In this document: positions 12,116 to 24,906 of the stretch, in pieces
Position numbering within the stretch: position 1 is the first letter of the stretch
How the letters are laid out: each line of letters starts with the position of its first letter
IMG/VR virus record: IMGVR_UViG_3300035520_001075
Coordinates: 32,001-96,000 of that record
Length of the DNA: 64,000 nt
Strand: one strand, 5' to 3'
Source: a virus
Taxonomy: Duplodnaviria; Caudoviricetes
The notes under the pieces: model-generated
The model's database searches: none
What the model was told of the DNA's origin: nothing
Seen by the model: the letters and a program-made list of their open reading frames with translations, nothing else
Program-made: the position numbers and the translations under genes

Positions 12116-15100
12116 ATGAGTGTAGTAAAAAAGGAATATGAGTTAAGCGTTTGGAGCGAAACACTTAATGAAAATGGTATTAAAGAAGAACGCCGCGGCC
12201 CAATTATTGGAGCACACGACATGACTTTTTTAGGAAAGGCAACTTCCGTTAAATTAAAAAGAGAGATTAAAGGAACAAACACTCTTACTTTTCAAATGCC
12301 TTCAAAATATTTTGATTCTAAAATTGGAGAATATGTGCACAATGAATTTTGTGATATAATTTTTAATGAGACTAAGATTAAGTTGTATTATATGGACACT
12401 TGGTTTGAATTTTTTGTAAAGAAAATAACTGAAACTAAGCAATTCAAAGCAATTATGTACGAATATTCTTGTGAAGATAGCTTTATTGATGAATTATCGA
12501 GAACAGGCTATGAAATAGAATTTTCTCAGGATTTAAATAACAGCGTTGAAGAAGCAGGCACTTTTACAGAAGATATTTTAGAAGATAGTATTTGGGATTA
12601 TACACCACAATATAATAGTGGAGATTTTACAGAATATACAGAATAGAGATTTTATAAAATACCATTGTCGTAGTTTGGCGGCAGTATTATTGGTTATCCA
12701 ATTAATTTAGAAATTACTACAGATATGTTGTTAGACTCAAAAGGAAAGCCAAAAACTTATTTGACCAATTACTTAAAAGAAAAAGGCTTAGTTTGGGACA
12801 ATATGTCAGATGCAGAAAAAGAAACTGTATTAAATGATTTATTAACAATTCATAATATTTTTACTAATGAAGATAGATTGCTCCAGTTAGGAGATGACTT
12901 AGCAAGAGAAAGAGAAATTTTCTGGGACGCTTATTATGCTGATAACGGAGTTAGTCTTATAGATGAAAGTAGAAAGGTTGCTCTTAGCGGCGATTATATA
13001 TATGTTCCTTTGGCTGACCTTTCTACTATATCTGGTAGTATTTATGAAGATGCTTATAGTGCAGTAGAAGAACTTGCAAAATATGGAAAATATGGAGATA
13101 CAGATAGAGGCTATGCTTTACAGCCTTCCTCTGACAATCCAAAAGATTTTGTTTAGTTTATTTTTCTCCAAGATGGAGACGAGTATCATATTGATGAGGC
13201 TAATGTTTTAGCAGACAATGATTATCACTATGTAATCCCGATTGAAGATTGGAACGATTTATTAAAGGCTCAACTTCCATCAAAAGGCGGCCTTATTTAC
13301 TGGACACAATCAAAGCCAACGACTTCTTCTGGTGAAGAGGCGGTCAAATTAACTACAAAATATACGGTTGAAGAAGTTGAAGGAGAGAATATTGGTTATA
13401 CTACAGATGCAAGACCAGAATCTTCAACGATTGATGACTTTATTTGGTATCCAGTTTATTATGAGGGCTTCTTAGAATCTATTAATGATACTGAGGTCTC
13501 AGAGGCAAGAAAAATATCAATTACTGATAGAACGGAATATAATAAAGAGGCAGACAGTTATATTACTGTTTATAATAATAAATCAAGTGATTATAGGAAA
13601 TTATATACAGAAGAAGAATTAACAGAACAAATTTCTGATAATACGAATGAGTTTAGGGTTTGCTCAAAGTTAGATACAAGACAAATTCTTCCAACTTTAG
13701 CAAGAAACATTGTTGATAATGGAACAAGCATTACTGAAACTACTGGTTGGGAGGCAAAAACACAGAATAGAAATAGCGATACTACAACTGGAACAGGCTC
13801 TTACTATTCATTACTTGAAGTTAATTTAAAGAGTACCTTGCAAACTAATGCAAGTGAAAGTAGTACAACAGTTGAGGATTTAGATGAATTAGAAGGCACT
13901 ATAAATGATGAAAGTGTTAGTGATTATTATCTTGAAATTCTTAGCCCTTGTATTAATAAATGCGAAGATTTTTCTTTAGAAGGACAAGTTGAAAAAGATT
14001 ATGTTTTGAATTTCGGTTTCGTAAGCCAAGAGACTTCCATTGAAAAAGGCAAAGTCTATGCTATGAGAATGAGAACTGGAAGCACTGAAACAACTGGAGT
14101 AAAGATTACTTCAAGAGCAGGAAATGGTTCATCAAGTTATTCAACAAATCTTGATACTATTATTAATGATTATGAAACTGCCTATGACGATTATTATACA
14201 ATAATAACTGCTTTTTCAAAGTCAACGGCGGCCGAAGCAAAAACATATATGGGTAGTGTTTATAAGGATGATATGGAGGATTCTATTAATGCCTTTTATG
14301 ATTTAATTACAAAATGGCCGAAGGATAGCGATACTCAAAAGACAAATAAGATAAATTTAGTAGATTCTATTTTAAAAGCTATCTTATTTGGCGGCACAGC
14401 AAAGATGTGGGTAAATAGCACTTCTACAAGCAGTGGGAGCACTCTTGCTACAACTTCAATAAGCCTAAAGGGCTTAATTCCAGCATATGATTCAAGCAAA
14501 ACGAACGTTTATCAAAAATTATCAAACATTGCTGTTAAACCAACGACATCTTCTGACGGAACAATATCTTATACAAAATCAGATACTAACTATCTAAAAT
14601 ATTATTTATATACCCATCTATCTTCAGCGGCATCAGCTTCTGTTAGTGCTTATTCTCTTTCATCAGTATCTCAATTAACTAAAACTATAGTAAAGCAATG
14701 GAAAACAACTTATATTGCTTATAATAAAGAATTAGTTAAGCGTTTGAATGAGGACTTAGATAAGCTTGTTATTGGAGAAGGTTCAATTGATTTACAAGGA
14801 AATTATAGCGTAGATGGTACTGAAAGCAGTGGTAGTGATACTATAAACAAAGGGAGTGGACAGTATATTTCATTTAAGGACATTTTTAATGAAGCTTATT
14901 ACTATGTTCCTTCAAAAGATTCTGATACTTCAAAATCCTTTATTGAGCCTATGTATCATAATAAATCAAATGGTAAATGGACTTGGAGTACAAAAGCAGG
15001 AGCAACTTCTGTAGAAGATGAAGCATTTTTCTTATTTAAAGCAAATCAAAACATTGCTAATCCATATATCGGAATTAAAGTTGAGTCTGGCCCGCTTAAA

Positions 15101-15508
15101 ATAGTTTTTGACTCAATTACTCAGAATACCTATTCATCTACAATTACAGATGGTATTCAAATTAATACTGCAACAAGTATAACAACAACAGCAGTAGAAC
15201 CTAAATATTGCGACGGAGATTCGATTAAATTAGTTCCTATTACGTCATATACTACTTCAGAAACTTTTAGAAATGCAATTCACTATGATTACACTACAGA
15301 AACTTTCACAAGTATTCCAACAAGTTTTTCATGGAATGATGATTATCTTTTAAGCTCTTCTGGAGCGTGGACAGGGACGACTTCTACAACTTCTCCATTG
15401 GTTGATGGAACTTTTCTTAAGAATACAACTAATTCTGGTAGCATTGCCTATTTAGTTTTTGTAAATGGAGAATGTCAAGGAATTATTTACTTAGAAGGAA
15501 CAGAATAA
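12116..15508 (+). CDS. Tail/baseplate hub (Tal-like) protein, N-terminal part, about 1130 aa
   Basis: ORFs 12116, 12725 and 13838 share one frame joined by TAG codons (12644, 12671, 13154). The N-terminus KLKREIKGTNTLTFQM..KIKL..WFEFFVKKI resembles prophage tail proteins. Ends in TAA. Confidence 0.7.
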
Positions 15509-15522
15509 GGAGGTGAGATTAA

Positions 15523-18500
15523 ATGAGTATTATTCTTGTTGAATAGTCAAATATTGGTAGTTATACTACTACCACGACAACTCCACCAATTAGAATAAAT
15601 AAGAACAATGGTAAAATAACAAGTGTCCAATATTTATCATATAATCGTAATGTTGCAGGAGACGTAAAAACATTAACAGTTAGTAGTGATAGTTCTTGGT
15701 GTGCCTTTTTTATACAAAGTGGAGCTAAATATACTTCTGGTAATGTTCCAACAGTTTTTAATCAAAGTAATTTATGGCCGTTAGTACAAGCATCAGCTAA
15801 TTCTAATTTAGTATATTTAAATTCACATGAAAATAATAAAGCTTTGGCAATAACTCCATCTCCTACTGCGGCCGAGGCATTATCAAAATTTGTTTGGACT
15901 TTTAGAAGCTGCATTACTCCTTTTATAAATAACCGATTCTTTTTAAACAGACCATCTCAATATACGATATGGGGCGTTGTTTGTCTTTTTGGAGTTCCTT
16001 TTCTTTTTGCAGCCGATAGTTTTAGTGATTTAATTAGAGAAGATAAATTTACAATAAATAATACTACTGTTGATACTACTTCCTCATCTTATAGTAATTT
16101 ATGGAACTTAGAATTGTCAACAGGTTTCTATACAGGTTCAGGTTATCAAGTATATAATTCTTCTACTAAAACAAGAAGTTTTACAAATAAAACGACCTAT
16201 TATATAGGAACAAAAGAATCTTCTGATTCTACTGGCACTTATTTATCTTGCAGTGCAATAACTCAAACGATATCTACAATTTCAAGCGGCGGCTGGACTA
16301 AATTTTATTTATTAAAGCGAGCAACAGGAAAAACCAGCGGTGCATATTATCAAGAAGTTGATAAATTTGGTAGTTTAAAAAATAGTTCAACAAACACAGA
16401 AACAGGGGCAACAACATCTACGCCAACAACCACTCAAAATACAGTTGTGCTATCTGACCCTTATAGTAAGGCGGCAAATGTTTCCAGTAGTTATATATCT
16501 AATTTTTCTAATTATAAAATCCATTTTATTCCTTGCAATAATAAAAGTGCAAAAGTTAGTGGTTTAAGAATTGATTTTCTTAATGTTTCTGGAACAACCA
16601 GCGAAATTTTATACCCTTATGTAAAGACAGAAACGACTATTGTTGATGAAGAGGAAATGTTTGGTCAAATAGATAAAGCAATTTCAAGTTCAATATCAAA
16701 TTTAAAAAATCAAAAAGATAGTAGAACATACTTAAATTATATTCTAAAAATTGAATCAAAAAGCGGCAATAAATCATTAACGCTTTCAGATTATTTTAAA
16801 GATGATTCTAATGTGGGAAAATATAATTTTAATTACTATGGAATTAATGGAACAACATATTCTACTTTAAAATCTGGAATTACTTTTTCTCAATTCCTTT
16901 CTGATAATCAAATTAAAATTAGAAATTTAACATAGAGAGATTATAGTGCATCTTTATCATTGGAGCAAGAAAGAAAATCTTTAAATCTCTATAGCTTGGA
17001 AATTTTTGAAGCTTATACAAGAGGACATGATTTTATTCAGGAAAATTATACCACTGTTCGTGCAGAAGAAATGAATCCGAATGATTCATCAGAAACTTCA
17101 AAAATAATGAGTTTTGATGATAACTACTTTACTTATAAATATACTGGAAGAGATATTGATATTTTCTGCGGCAATGGTAATGTTCAGAACTTTAAAAAGC
17201 AATTACCAAATGGTACATCAATAACTGACCCAGTTTATTGTGCACTGATTCATAGCTCTGATTTATTATTAGAATCAGACGTGACCCTAGGAGAAAGCTA
17301 TGGAATTAGAAACTATTTTATTGAGGCTTTAAAATACCCTAAATGGGAAGACGATACCGCAGATATTAAAACGATTAAATTGGATTCAAATAGCAAGCCA
17401 CAATATCTATATAAAGATAGCTTTAAAATAACAGATTATATTTCTGATGAAGGTCTTGACGGCACTTTGTACACTGACGATGATATAACCGTTTTAACTT
17501 CTAAGATTGATTTAACACAATGTGAATATTATCAGCCTGAAAAAGCAAACTATAGTAATAGATGGTGTGATTGCTCTTATAAGACTGGCGGCGAAGAAGT
17601 TTCCACAGAATGTATTTATTAGAAGAGCGGCTATTGTCCTTATCGTTTTGAAACTGAAAAGCATCCAAGACGAATTAGAACATTAGCACAATCAAAATCT
17701 AATCGCTTTAATTTAATTCAAGAGCTTTGTAAAGTTTTTGAATTCTATCCTTATTTCTATATTGAACACGAAAAGAATGGTAAAATTAAGTTAGATGAAA
17801 ACGGCAATATGAAAAAGCACGTTTTCTATATGACTGAGAAAGGTAGTGAGAAATATTCTGGTTTTAGATATGAGAAAAATTTATCAAGTATTACAAGGAC
17901 AACAGACTCATCTTCAATAACAACAAAATTATATGTTGAAAGTAATGATTCTTCTACTTCTTCAACAGGCTTGTGTTCAATACAAACTGCAGAAGATAAT
18001 CTTGGAAAGACATCTTACATATTAGACTTCTCTTATTATACTGAAAAAGGAATGTTGAATGCAGAACAAACTCAAAGAGATATCTATGGAATTGAATCTG
18101 GCGACTTTGCTTTCTTACCAAGAATCGGGGCATATAATGATTAGTATGATGATTATTCTAATTTAATTATTACTATGACTGGCGAAGAGCTAACTGATAT
18201 GGAAGCACAAATTGAAGTTTCTGTAGCTGGAATTACAAGTGCTTTGGAAGAACGACAGAAAGTTGCTCAGACAATGTATCAGTATAAAGTTCAAGCACAG
18301 CAGACGGCCGCCGCAAGTTCATTAACAGATTTATCTTCTTATACAACCTCAGATACTTATAAAAATTATGTAATAAAATATCGAGAACAAGCAACAATAC
18401 TTTGGGGATTAATTGAGACCTTATTTTTCTCTAATAACTACTTTTCATATCCTGTTAAGTTCTATGATAACAAAGGTAAAACAAGTTATAAGTTCTATAC

Positions 18501-21153
18501 TTTTGATTATGATTCTTGCCAAATGATTTCTACTAATGTTGGAAGTAGTAATAGATTAACATGGGTTGCTCATGAACTTAAAACTTATAAGAGTAAGTAT
18601 TGTAAGGGAGAAATGTTCTGGAGATTAGTTTTAGAAGGGTTTGATGATGGAACTGATAAAGAAGATAGCGATACAGATTTACAATTTGCAAATTGGCAAG
18701 ACTTTAAAGAAAAAATAGTTGATACTAAACTTTATGAAGTAAATGGAACAATGGGTAAATATAAAAGTCTTTATAATGAAGTTCAATATTGGAAAAGAGA
18801 ACGAGCAAAAATATTGAATAAAATTAATGACTTAAGCGAGCAATTCTATAAAAAGTACGAGCCTTATATTAAAGAAGGAACATTTAGTGATAGCAACTAT
18901 TTAACTGATAATGAATACTATTGGGCAGGAGTACAAGTTCTCGATGATTCTTGTAAACCGCAAGTTAGCTATAATATTTCTGTAATTGATATAAGTCCTT
19001 TAGAAGAGTATGCCGACGATTATACTTTTGAATTAGCAGATACGACTTATATAGAAGATATAGACTTCTTTGGAATTAATTCTAAAACAGGATTACCAAA
19101 TAGAGAAAAAGTTTTAATTAGTGCTATTGATTACGATTTAGACCAACCAAAAAATAATTCAATTACTGTACAAAATTATACCTCTCAATTTGAAGATTTA
19201 TTCTCATCAATCACAGCATCAGTACAATCTTTAAGTTTCAACGAGAATATTTATAAGAGGGCTTCTAATTTTACAGCGAAACAATATATTGAAACAGATA
19301 GTCTACAAGATACTTTAGATATAGGAGATTTAACTCTTTTAGATACAGCTAAAGATAATATTGTGCTTGATGAAAACGGTGCGGAAGGTAATAACATTAA
19401 TAATTCTTCAAGTCAGTATAAATTATCTGGAGAAGGACTTTACTTCTCAACGGACGGCGGCACAACATGGGATTACGGTGTTGGGCCAGGTGGCATTAAT
19501 TTAGATTATGCTAAATTTGGTTCTTTAGATTCTTCTAAAATTCAAATTATGGATAGTGATTATATCTATTTTCTTTGGGATAAAGATGGAATTAATGCTT
19601 ATCGAGACCCGTCAACAAGTACAGAAGGATTAGTTGATTTTGCAAGATTTAATCGCTATGGATTAAGCTTAATTGAGAATAATAATATTCGCTTAAGAGC
19701 AGGTTATGAATATAGGTCTAATGCTACAGGAAATAATATTACTGGGGCTTATGATAAAGAATTAGATTTATCAGACCAAAATATTGGTTTTTATCTTTAT
19801 AACGATAGCGGCCAGCCTATTTTTAAAACAGAAACACGCTCTTCATATGCAGATAGTGAAGATACAGATTATACTGCAAGATTATCTTTAACTGGAGAAA
19901 TTTTCGTGACGAATAAAGTTTTAGATAGTGCAGATTTAAGTTCTTCAAGTGGTTCAACTGTTGCACAGTTAAGTTGCCAATATATACTGAATTATGAAAG
20001 TACTTATACATACTCAGAAGTGGACGAAACAAAAGCAATGAAATATATGTTGCAAAATGACTCTGATTATGTTTTAGTTGATGGAGGAGGAAATCTATAT
20101 TCACAAATAACAGTAAATAGTAGTTCTACAACAACTTATACTCTTTACTATAAATATAAATTTAATACTGTTGCTGAGGGAGAAGTAGATTATATATTCC
20201 TTTATAATTACAATGGCGTATTAATTACTGCTACTGATGAGACTAAAATTAGTGCTGAAAAAGTTTATGGTATTATTAATGGTACAGCCAGTGATGATTC
20301 AATTAATGTTTCGTATAGTTCTTCAAGTAGTAAGAAAAGAAACTATTGCGTTCAGAGCGGCGATAATTTAGGTAAAATGGCAGTGTCTACTACTGGAGAA
20401 AATTTAATTCTTAGTGGTATCTATGAATCGGCAACATTAGATATTACTAATAGCAATTTAACTCCAAAAACCATTACCTATTTAGCAAACGGAGTTTCTA
20501 CTTCAACAGAGTTATATGTCTACACAAGCGGCAATCAAACAACATACTGGAAAAATTTAACTTCTGACTATGGTCTTACATCTACTACTTCAAATAGCGA
20601 TTACTATGCCTCTGAAATTGGCATTTATATTAATAATAAAAAAGCCCTCCACGCAGGAGAAAGCGGCTATGAAGATAGAACAGATACAGGTGATTAGAAC
20701 ATTGCGTCAGACGCAGATGCTACAGAAAAAATGAATACGATTCTCGCTGGTGCAGAAAGAAGTTTCATGATTTCAACTGGCGGTGTTGTGGATAATGCTT
20801 TACAATGCAATAACGTATTATCAGTATTAAAGAACGGAGTACTGTATATGGGCGGAACAATTACAGATTACTATGGAAAGCCGCTGAACATTTCAAGTTT
20901 ATCCTATATGCCAGATGAAGTAAGAATTGCTAATCCTTCAATTGTAATGTCCAATACTGGACAAATGTGGTGTGATTGGAGTAGATTCTATAATACTTAT
21001 GTTGATGATGATGGAGTAAGACAATATACACTTTATTCACTAACAGACTTAGTTAATGAAATTAATAGCAATCTTAGTAATCTTAGTAGTGGAACTACTT
21101 CTGATTCAAGTAGTACTGTTGCAGGCTGGTATATTCCTGACCCAGCAGGCTAA
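15523..21153 (+). CDS. Large tail/adhesion protein carrying the rest of the Tal-like hub domain, about 1876 aa
   Basis: RBS GGAGGTG precedes ATG 15523. ORFs 15844, 16960, 17809, 18175 and 20731 share one frame joined by TAG (15544, 16933, 17620, 18142, 20695). Motifs SNRFNLIQEL, GFRYEKNLSSITRT and PQVSYNISVID. Ser/Thr-rich inserts. Confidence 0.72.
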
Positions 21154-21166
21154 TAAATTAAAAAAT

Positions 21167-21195
21167 AAAATGGGTACATATTGTGCCCATTTTTT
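21167..21195 (+). terminator. Intrinsic terminator
   Basis: AAAATGGGTAC-ATATT-GTGCCCATTTT followed by a T-tract. Confidence 0.6.
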
Positions 21196-21210
21196 ATAGA
21201 GGTGAATTTT

Positions 21211-22317
21211 ATGGCTTATTTTTATTATCCATTGGAGAATTATGTTCAAGGAAAATCTGGTGCTTATTATAATGGAGCAAAGACCTATGATGGGCACGGC
21301 ATTGGAAAATTAGATTTTCTCGCAAGTCGAGGAGACCCAGTATATAGCATGACAGATGGAACCGTGACGCACGCAGGAAAAGCGAATTCTGGCTATTAGG
21401 CAATTGTTATTGAAGCAACTGGCTATGCTGTATCTCCAATATATATTCATTACTGGCACACAGAGAATTATCAATTTGAAGTAGGATAGACAGTTAAACA
21501 GGGTGATTTAATAGCTTATGTTGGAGACGATGATGTCTCTGGACAACATTTGCACGTTGACTTTAGAAATGCAAGTATGCAGAAAGAGGAAAAAAACTTT
21601 ATAGGACCACAATTAAGTAGTTATACAGCTGAACAAAGCGAGGCTATTGAATTTTGGAAAGGGCAAGCAACATCTGCAAATGATTATCTTGGTTATTGCT
21701 GGGAAGTCTTTGCAACACCAGCACAAAAAATGTCTGGTGGCAATGGAGTTTTAAATATTAATAAAGATATTGATACTTATACTTATCTCCAACGAGCAGC
21801 AGATATATTGGGTAATGAATTTACAGATGCTAATATTATCGCTGGAATTTTAGGAAATTTTTGGCAAGAAAGCAAAGGAAATCCTTTTGCTTTGAGCCAG
21901 TCAGGCTATTATGGATTATATCAAACTAATGATAGTAATTTTATTCAAATAATGAGCAATAATGGCTTATTAAAATATTTTAATGGAACAGATACTCCTA
22001 AAGATGAACATAAGAAAAAATGCGTTGACTTAACAATGAATTATTTAATGAGCAATTGGAATGGCAGTTCTAACTATCCGAGTCAAGCAAAAAATGGTAA
22101 ATTGGTTTCTACAGAAAATATGACAGAGGCGGCCGCACAAGCAGAGCTTTTTGCAGTAATGATAGAGAGATGTGTCGGTGGCTCAGATAGCGTTCTATGT
22201 GCAAAGGTATAGGATTATATGAAGAAGTATTACAATGGAAAAATATATAGCTATCAAAATTTGAAGGAAAGAAGAGATGCTGCGGATTGCTTCATAAATG
22301 GAACAGCTCCAGCATAA
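21211..22317 (+). CDS. Cell-wall hydrolase: M23 peptidase plus phage tail lysozyme-like domain, 368 aa
   Basis: ORFs 21181 and 21550 join via TAG at 21397, 21487 and 22210. M23 motifs H....LD, VG*TVKQGDLIAYVG and HLH. Lysozyme-like motif IAGILGNFWQES.GNP..GYYGLYQ. Confidence 0.8.
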
Positions 22318-22335
22318 TAAGGAGGTTGAATTTAA

Positions 22336-22713
22336 ATGCTATTAAAAAGAGATAAGGCTTTAGAGGTTCAAAAATTTTTTAACTTAATAAAAAATAAAAA
22401 ATTCAGCATTCATACTCAATATAAATTAATTAAAATAAAAAAAGCTTTAGAAGAAGAACAAAATATCTATCAAGAACAAATAAAACTTAACTGTTCTCAA
22501 TATTTTGAAACAGATGAGCAAGGTTCTCCAATAATCAATGAGCAAGGCGGCTATAAGATAAAAAGTAATAAAATGAATGAGTGCTATCTTGTTTTAGATG
22601 AAATAAATAAATGTGAAGTTCAACTTCCAGACATTTATTTCTCCTTAGAAGAATTAGAAGAATTAGACCTAACTTTCGAGGAACTTGAAGTTCTCAACCC
22701 ATTCATAAAATAA
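22336..22713 (+). CDS. Hypothetical phage protein
   Basis: RBS GGAGG, 125-aa ORF. Confidence 0.7.
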   Translation: MLLKRDKALEVQKFFNLIKNKKFSIHTQYKLIKIKKALEEEQNIYQEQIKLNCSQYFETDEQGSPIINEQGGYKIKSNKMNECYLVLDEINKCEVQLPDIYFSLEELEELDLTFEELEVLNPFIK

Positions 22714-22739
22714 TTTGTTAATTCTAAATAAAATAAAAG

Positions 22740-22797
22740 AAATGACGTATCGAAGTCTTTGTTTAAAACAGAGAATTTTTTCGATACGTCATTTTTT
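22740..22797 (+). terminator. Long hairpin with T-tract (terminator or structured leader)
   Basis: AAATGACGTATCGAA ... TTCGATACGTCATTT forms a 15-bp perfect stem with an inner stem-loop, followed by T's. Confidence 0.55.
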
Positions 22798-22860
22798 ATT
22801 TACTAAGTTTTCGCTTAATTTCCACTTTAAAAATGTAAGATGAAACGAGGTGATGAGAAA

Positions 22861-23292
22861 ATGGCTTATGCATATAATTCTAATAGCCAATTGCTGCAAA
22901 ATCAGAACAATCCTCAGCAAAATTATAATAATGCTCAAATGTTCCAACAGCAGCAAAATATTCAACCATTATTTCCTCAGCCGCAAGGTAATGTTTACAA
23001 TATTAATTCAACTCTTGAAGTTGCAAATGTTCCTGTTGGTGCTGGCATTTCAGTAGCTTTATGTTTAAATGAGGGAGTAATGTATATCAAATCAATGCAA
23101 AACGGCAATCCTCTATTTTGGGTTTATAAGATAGAGCCTTATAATGATTCTCCAAAAAATGAGGCGGCCGCACAAGAAGAAGCAACATCTCAATATCCTA
23201 ATTACGATGAACGCTTCTTGAAAATTGAAAAACAAATTGATGAAATTCAAACCAATCTTAAAAATCAAAAAGGAGGGGAATTTCAATTATGA
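22861..23292 (+). CDS. Hypothetical Gln/Asn-rich protein, gene 1 of the five-gene module
   Basis: RBS GAGGTG precedes ATG 22861. Q/N/P-rich N-terminus, coiled-coil C-terminus. Confidence 0.75.
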   Translation: MAYAYNSNSQLLQNQNNPQQNYNNAQMFQQQQNIQPLFPQPQGNVYNINSTLEVANVPVGAGISVALCLNEGVMYIKSMQNGNPLFWVYKIEPYNDSPKNEAAAQEEATSQYPNYDERFLKIEKQIDEIQTNLKNQKGGEFQL

Positions 23293-23528
23293 TGAATATG
23301 AATCCAATGCAGTTAATTAGTTTGGTTAAAAACAGGAATCCAGAATAGTTTGTCAGGGAAATGGTTAAAAATAGTAATATCAACAATCCCATGATTAATG
23401 AGCTAATCGGATATGCAGAAAAAGGAGATTTAAATAATATTAATAAAATAGCTGAAAACTATTTCGGACAGCAAGGGTTAAATTTTGGTCAGGAATTTAA
23501 CTCTTTTATGTCTATGATAAATAAATGA
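23289..23528 (+). CDS. Small hypothetical protein (79 aa, one TAG), gene 2 of the module; missed by the ORF track
   Basis: ATGA overlap with the upstream stop and RBS AGGAGG. Reads MMNMNPMQLISLVKNRNPE*FVREM...MSMINK then TGA. Confidence 0.75.
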
Positions 23529-23557
23529 ATTAAAAAACATATTAGGAGGTTTTTTAT

Positions 23558-24457
23558 ATGGGAGAAAATGGTTTAACAGTAGCAGATGCTTTGGCTCTGC
23601 AGAACAAAGATAGTAATTCAAATGATGGTAATGCCTTTGGTGCAAATGGTGCTTGGTGGGTAATTATCTTAATTCTTTTCTTCGCTTTTGCTGGATGGGG
23701 AAGCAATAGAGGAGGAAATGGAAACGAAGGAACAAATACTGTAGTAATTCCTGCAAATATAGGTGGTAATAATGGTTATAATGCTTGTTGCACACCAGCA
23801 ACTCAGCAGGGAGTTGTAGATGAATTTAATTTCAATAATTTAAATAATGGAATTCGTGGAGTTCAGAATGGATTGTGTCAGGGCTTCTATACAACAAGCG
23901 GTGAAATTGCTGGACTTGGAACTCAGTTGCAGGCAGCCAGCTATGAAACACAGGGAGCTATAAATCAGAATGCCAATGGAATTAATCAGAATTTAAATTG
24001 TGGATTTAATGGACTCCAGTCAGCAATTGCACAGACAAATTATAATATGAAAGATTGCTGCTGTGAAACAAGAGAATCTATAATGCAGGCCAACTTTAAC
24101 AATCAGGCTAATGCCAATAATATCCAGAACTCAATGCAGCAGGGCTTCTGTGGAGTTCAGAATGGACAGGAAGGATTAAAATATGCTCTTGCTCAATCAA
24201 CTTGTGATATTATAACAAACGCAGATAAGAATACTGATAGAATTATTAATCACTTAGTTCAGTCAGAAATTGATACTCTGAGAACACAATTACAGTCTGC
24301 TAATTTCCAGTTATCACAGCTTTCACAGACAAGCAACATTGTAAACGCATTACAGCCTGTACCTCAGCCAGCATATATAGTACAGAGTCCATATACCTCT
24401 GTACCACTTGGAGGGGCTTTTCCAATAAATGGTAATAATTGCGGCGGATGCTGCTAA
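23558..24457 (+). CDS. Membrane-anchored Gly/Asn/Cys-rich coiled-coil protein, gene 3 of the module
   Basis: Hydrophobic segment WWVIILILFFAFAGWG, motifs CCTPAT and DCCCET, C-terminal CGGCC. RBS AGGAGG. Confidence 0.8.
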   Translation: MGENGLTVADALALQNKDSNSNDGNAFGANGAWWVIILILFFAFAGWGSNRGGNGNEGTNTVVIPANIGGNNGYNACCTPATQQGVVDEFNFNNLNNGIRGVQNGLCQGFYTTSGEIAGLGTQLQAASYETQGAINQNANGINQNLNCGFNGLQSAIAQTNYNMKDCCCETRESIMQANFNNQANANNIQNSMQQGFCGVQNGQEGLKYALAQSTCDIITNADKNTDRIINHLVQSEIDTLRTQLQSANFQLSQLSQTSNIVNALQPVPQPAYIVQSPYTSVPLGGAFPINGNNCGGCC

Positions 24458-24477
24458 CTAAAAAGAGATGAGAAATT

Positions 24478-24906
24478 ATGAGTTGTTCAGCATCAAATAA
24501 ATTATGTGAGCATTTAGTAATCTCTCAATCTGTTGCCTTTACTAATAATCAGTTAGTAATCAATATTCCTGCAGGAAGTTATGAAGATGACGAAAAATAT
24601 TGTATTATAGTAGGTCAATCAATTCCTGCTACTACAACAATTGCCGCTAATGTAGTAATTACAATAGGAAGTGGAACAACTACTTATCCATTAGTTAATA
24701 ATGATTGTACAAATGTTAGTGCGTGCCAGATTAGCAGTCGTACAAGATACTCAGTAAGAGTCCACACAAATATCCAATCAGGAGTATTCAAATTAATAGG
24801 AAGAGCTAATTGTACCCAGTGTGGTTCTACAATTGCGGCACTTCCTATTACAAAGGCGGCTACGGCTATAACAGATTCAGAGCAAGGAGATGAAGAAGAT
24901 GCATAA
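24478..24906 (+). CDS. Cys-containing beta-rich hypothetical protein, gene 4 of the module
   Basis: 142-aa ORF in the operon. Confidence 0.75.
   Translation: MSCSASNKLCEHLVISQSVAFTNNQLVINIPAGSYEDDEKYCIIVGQSIPATTTIAANVVITIGSGTTTYPLVNNDCTNVSACQISSRTRYSVRVHTNIQSGVFKLIGRANCTQCGSTIAALPITKAATAITDSEQGDEEDA

Noticed and set aside
3401-22317. Tail genes as pseudogenes of a decayed prophage
   Set aside because: Every break is TAG in a single frame, with no TAA, TGA or frameshift over many kilobases. Random decay would not do this.
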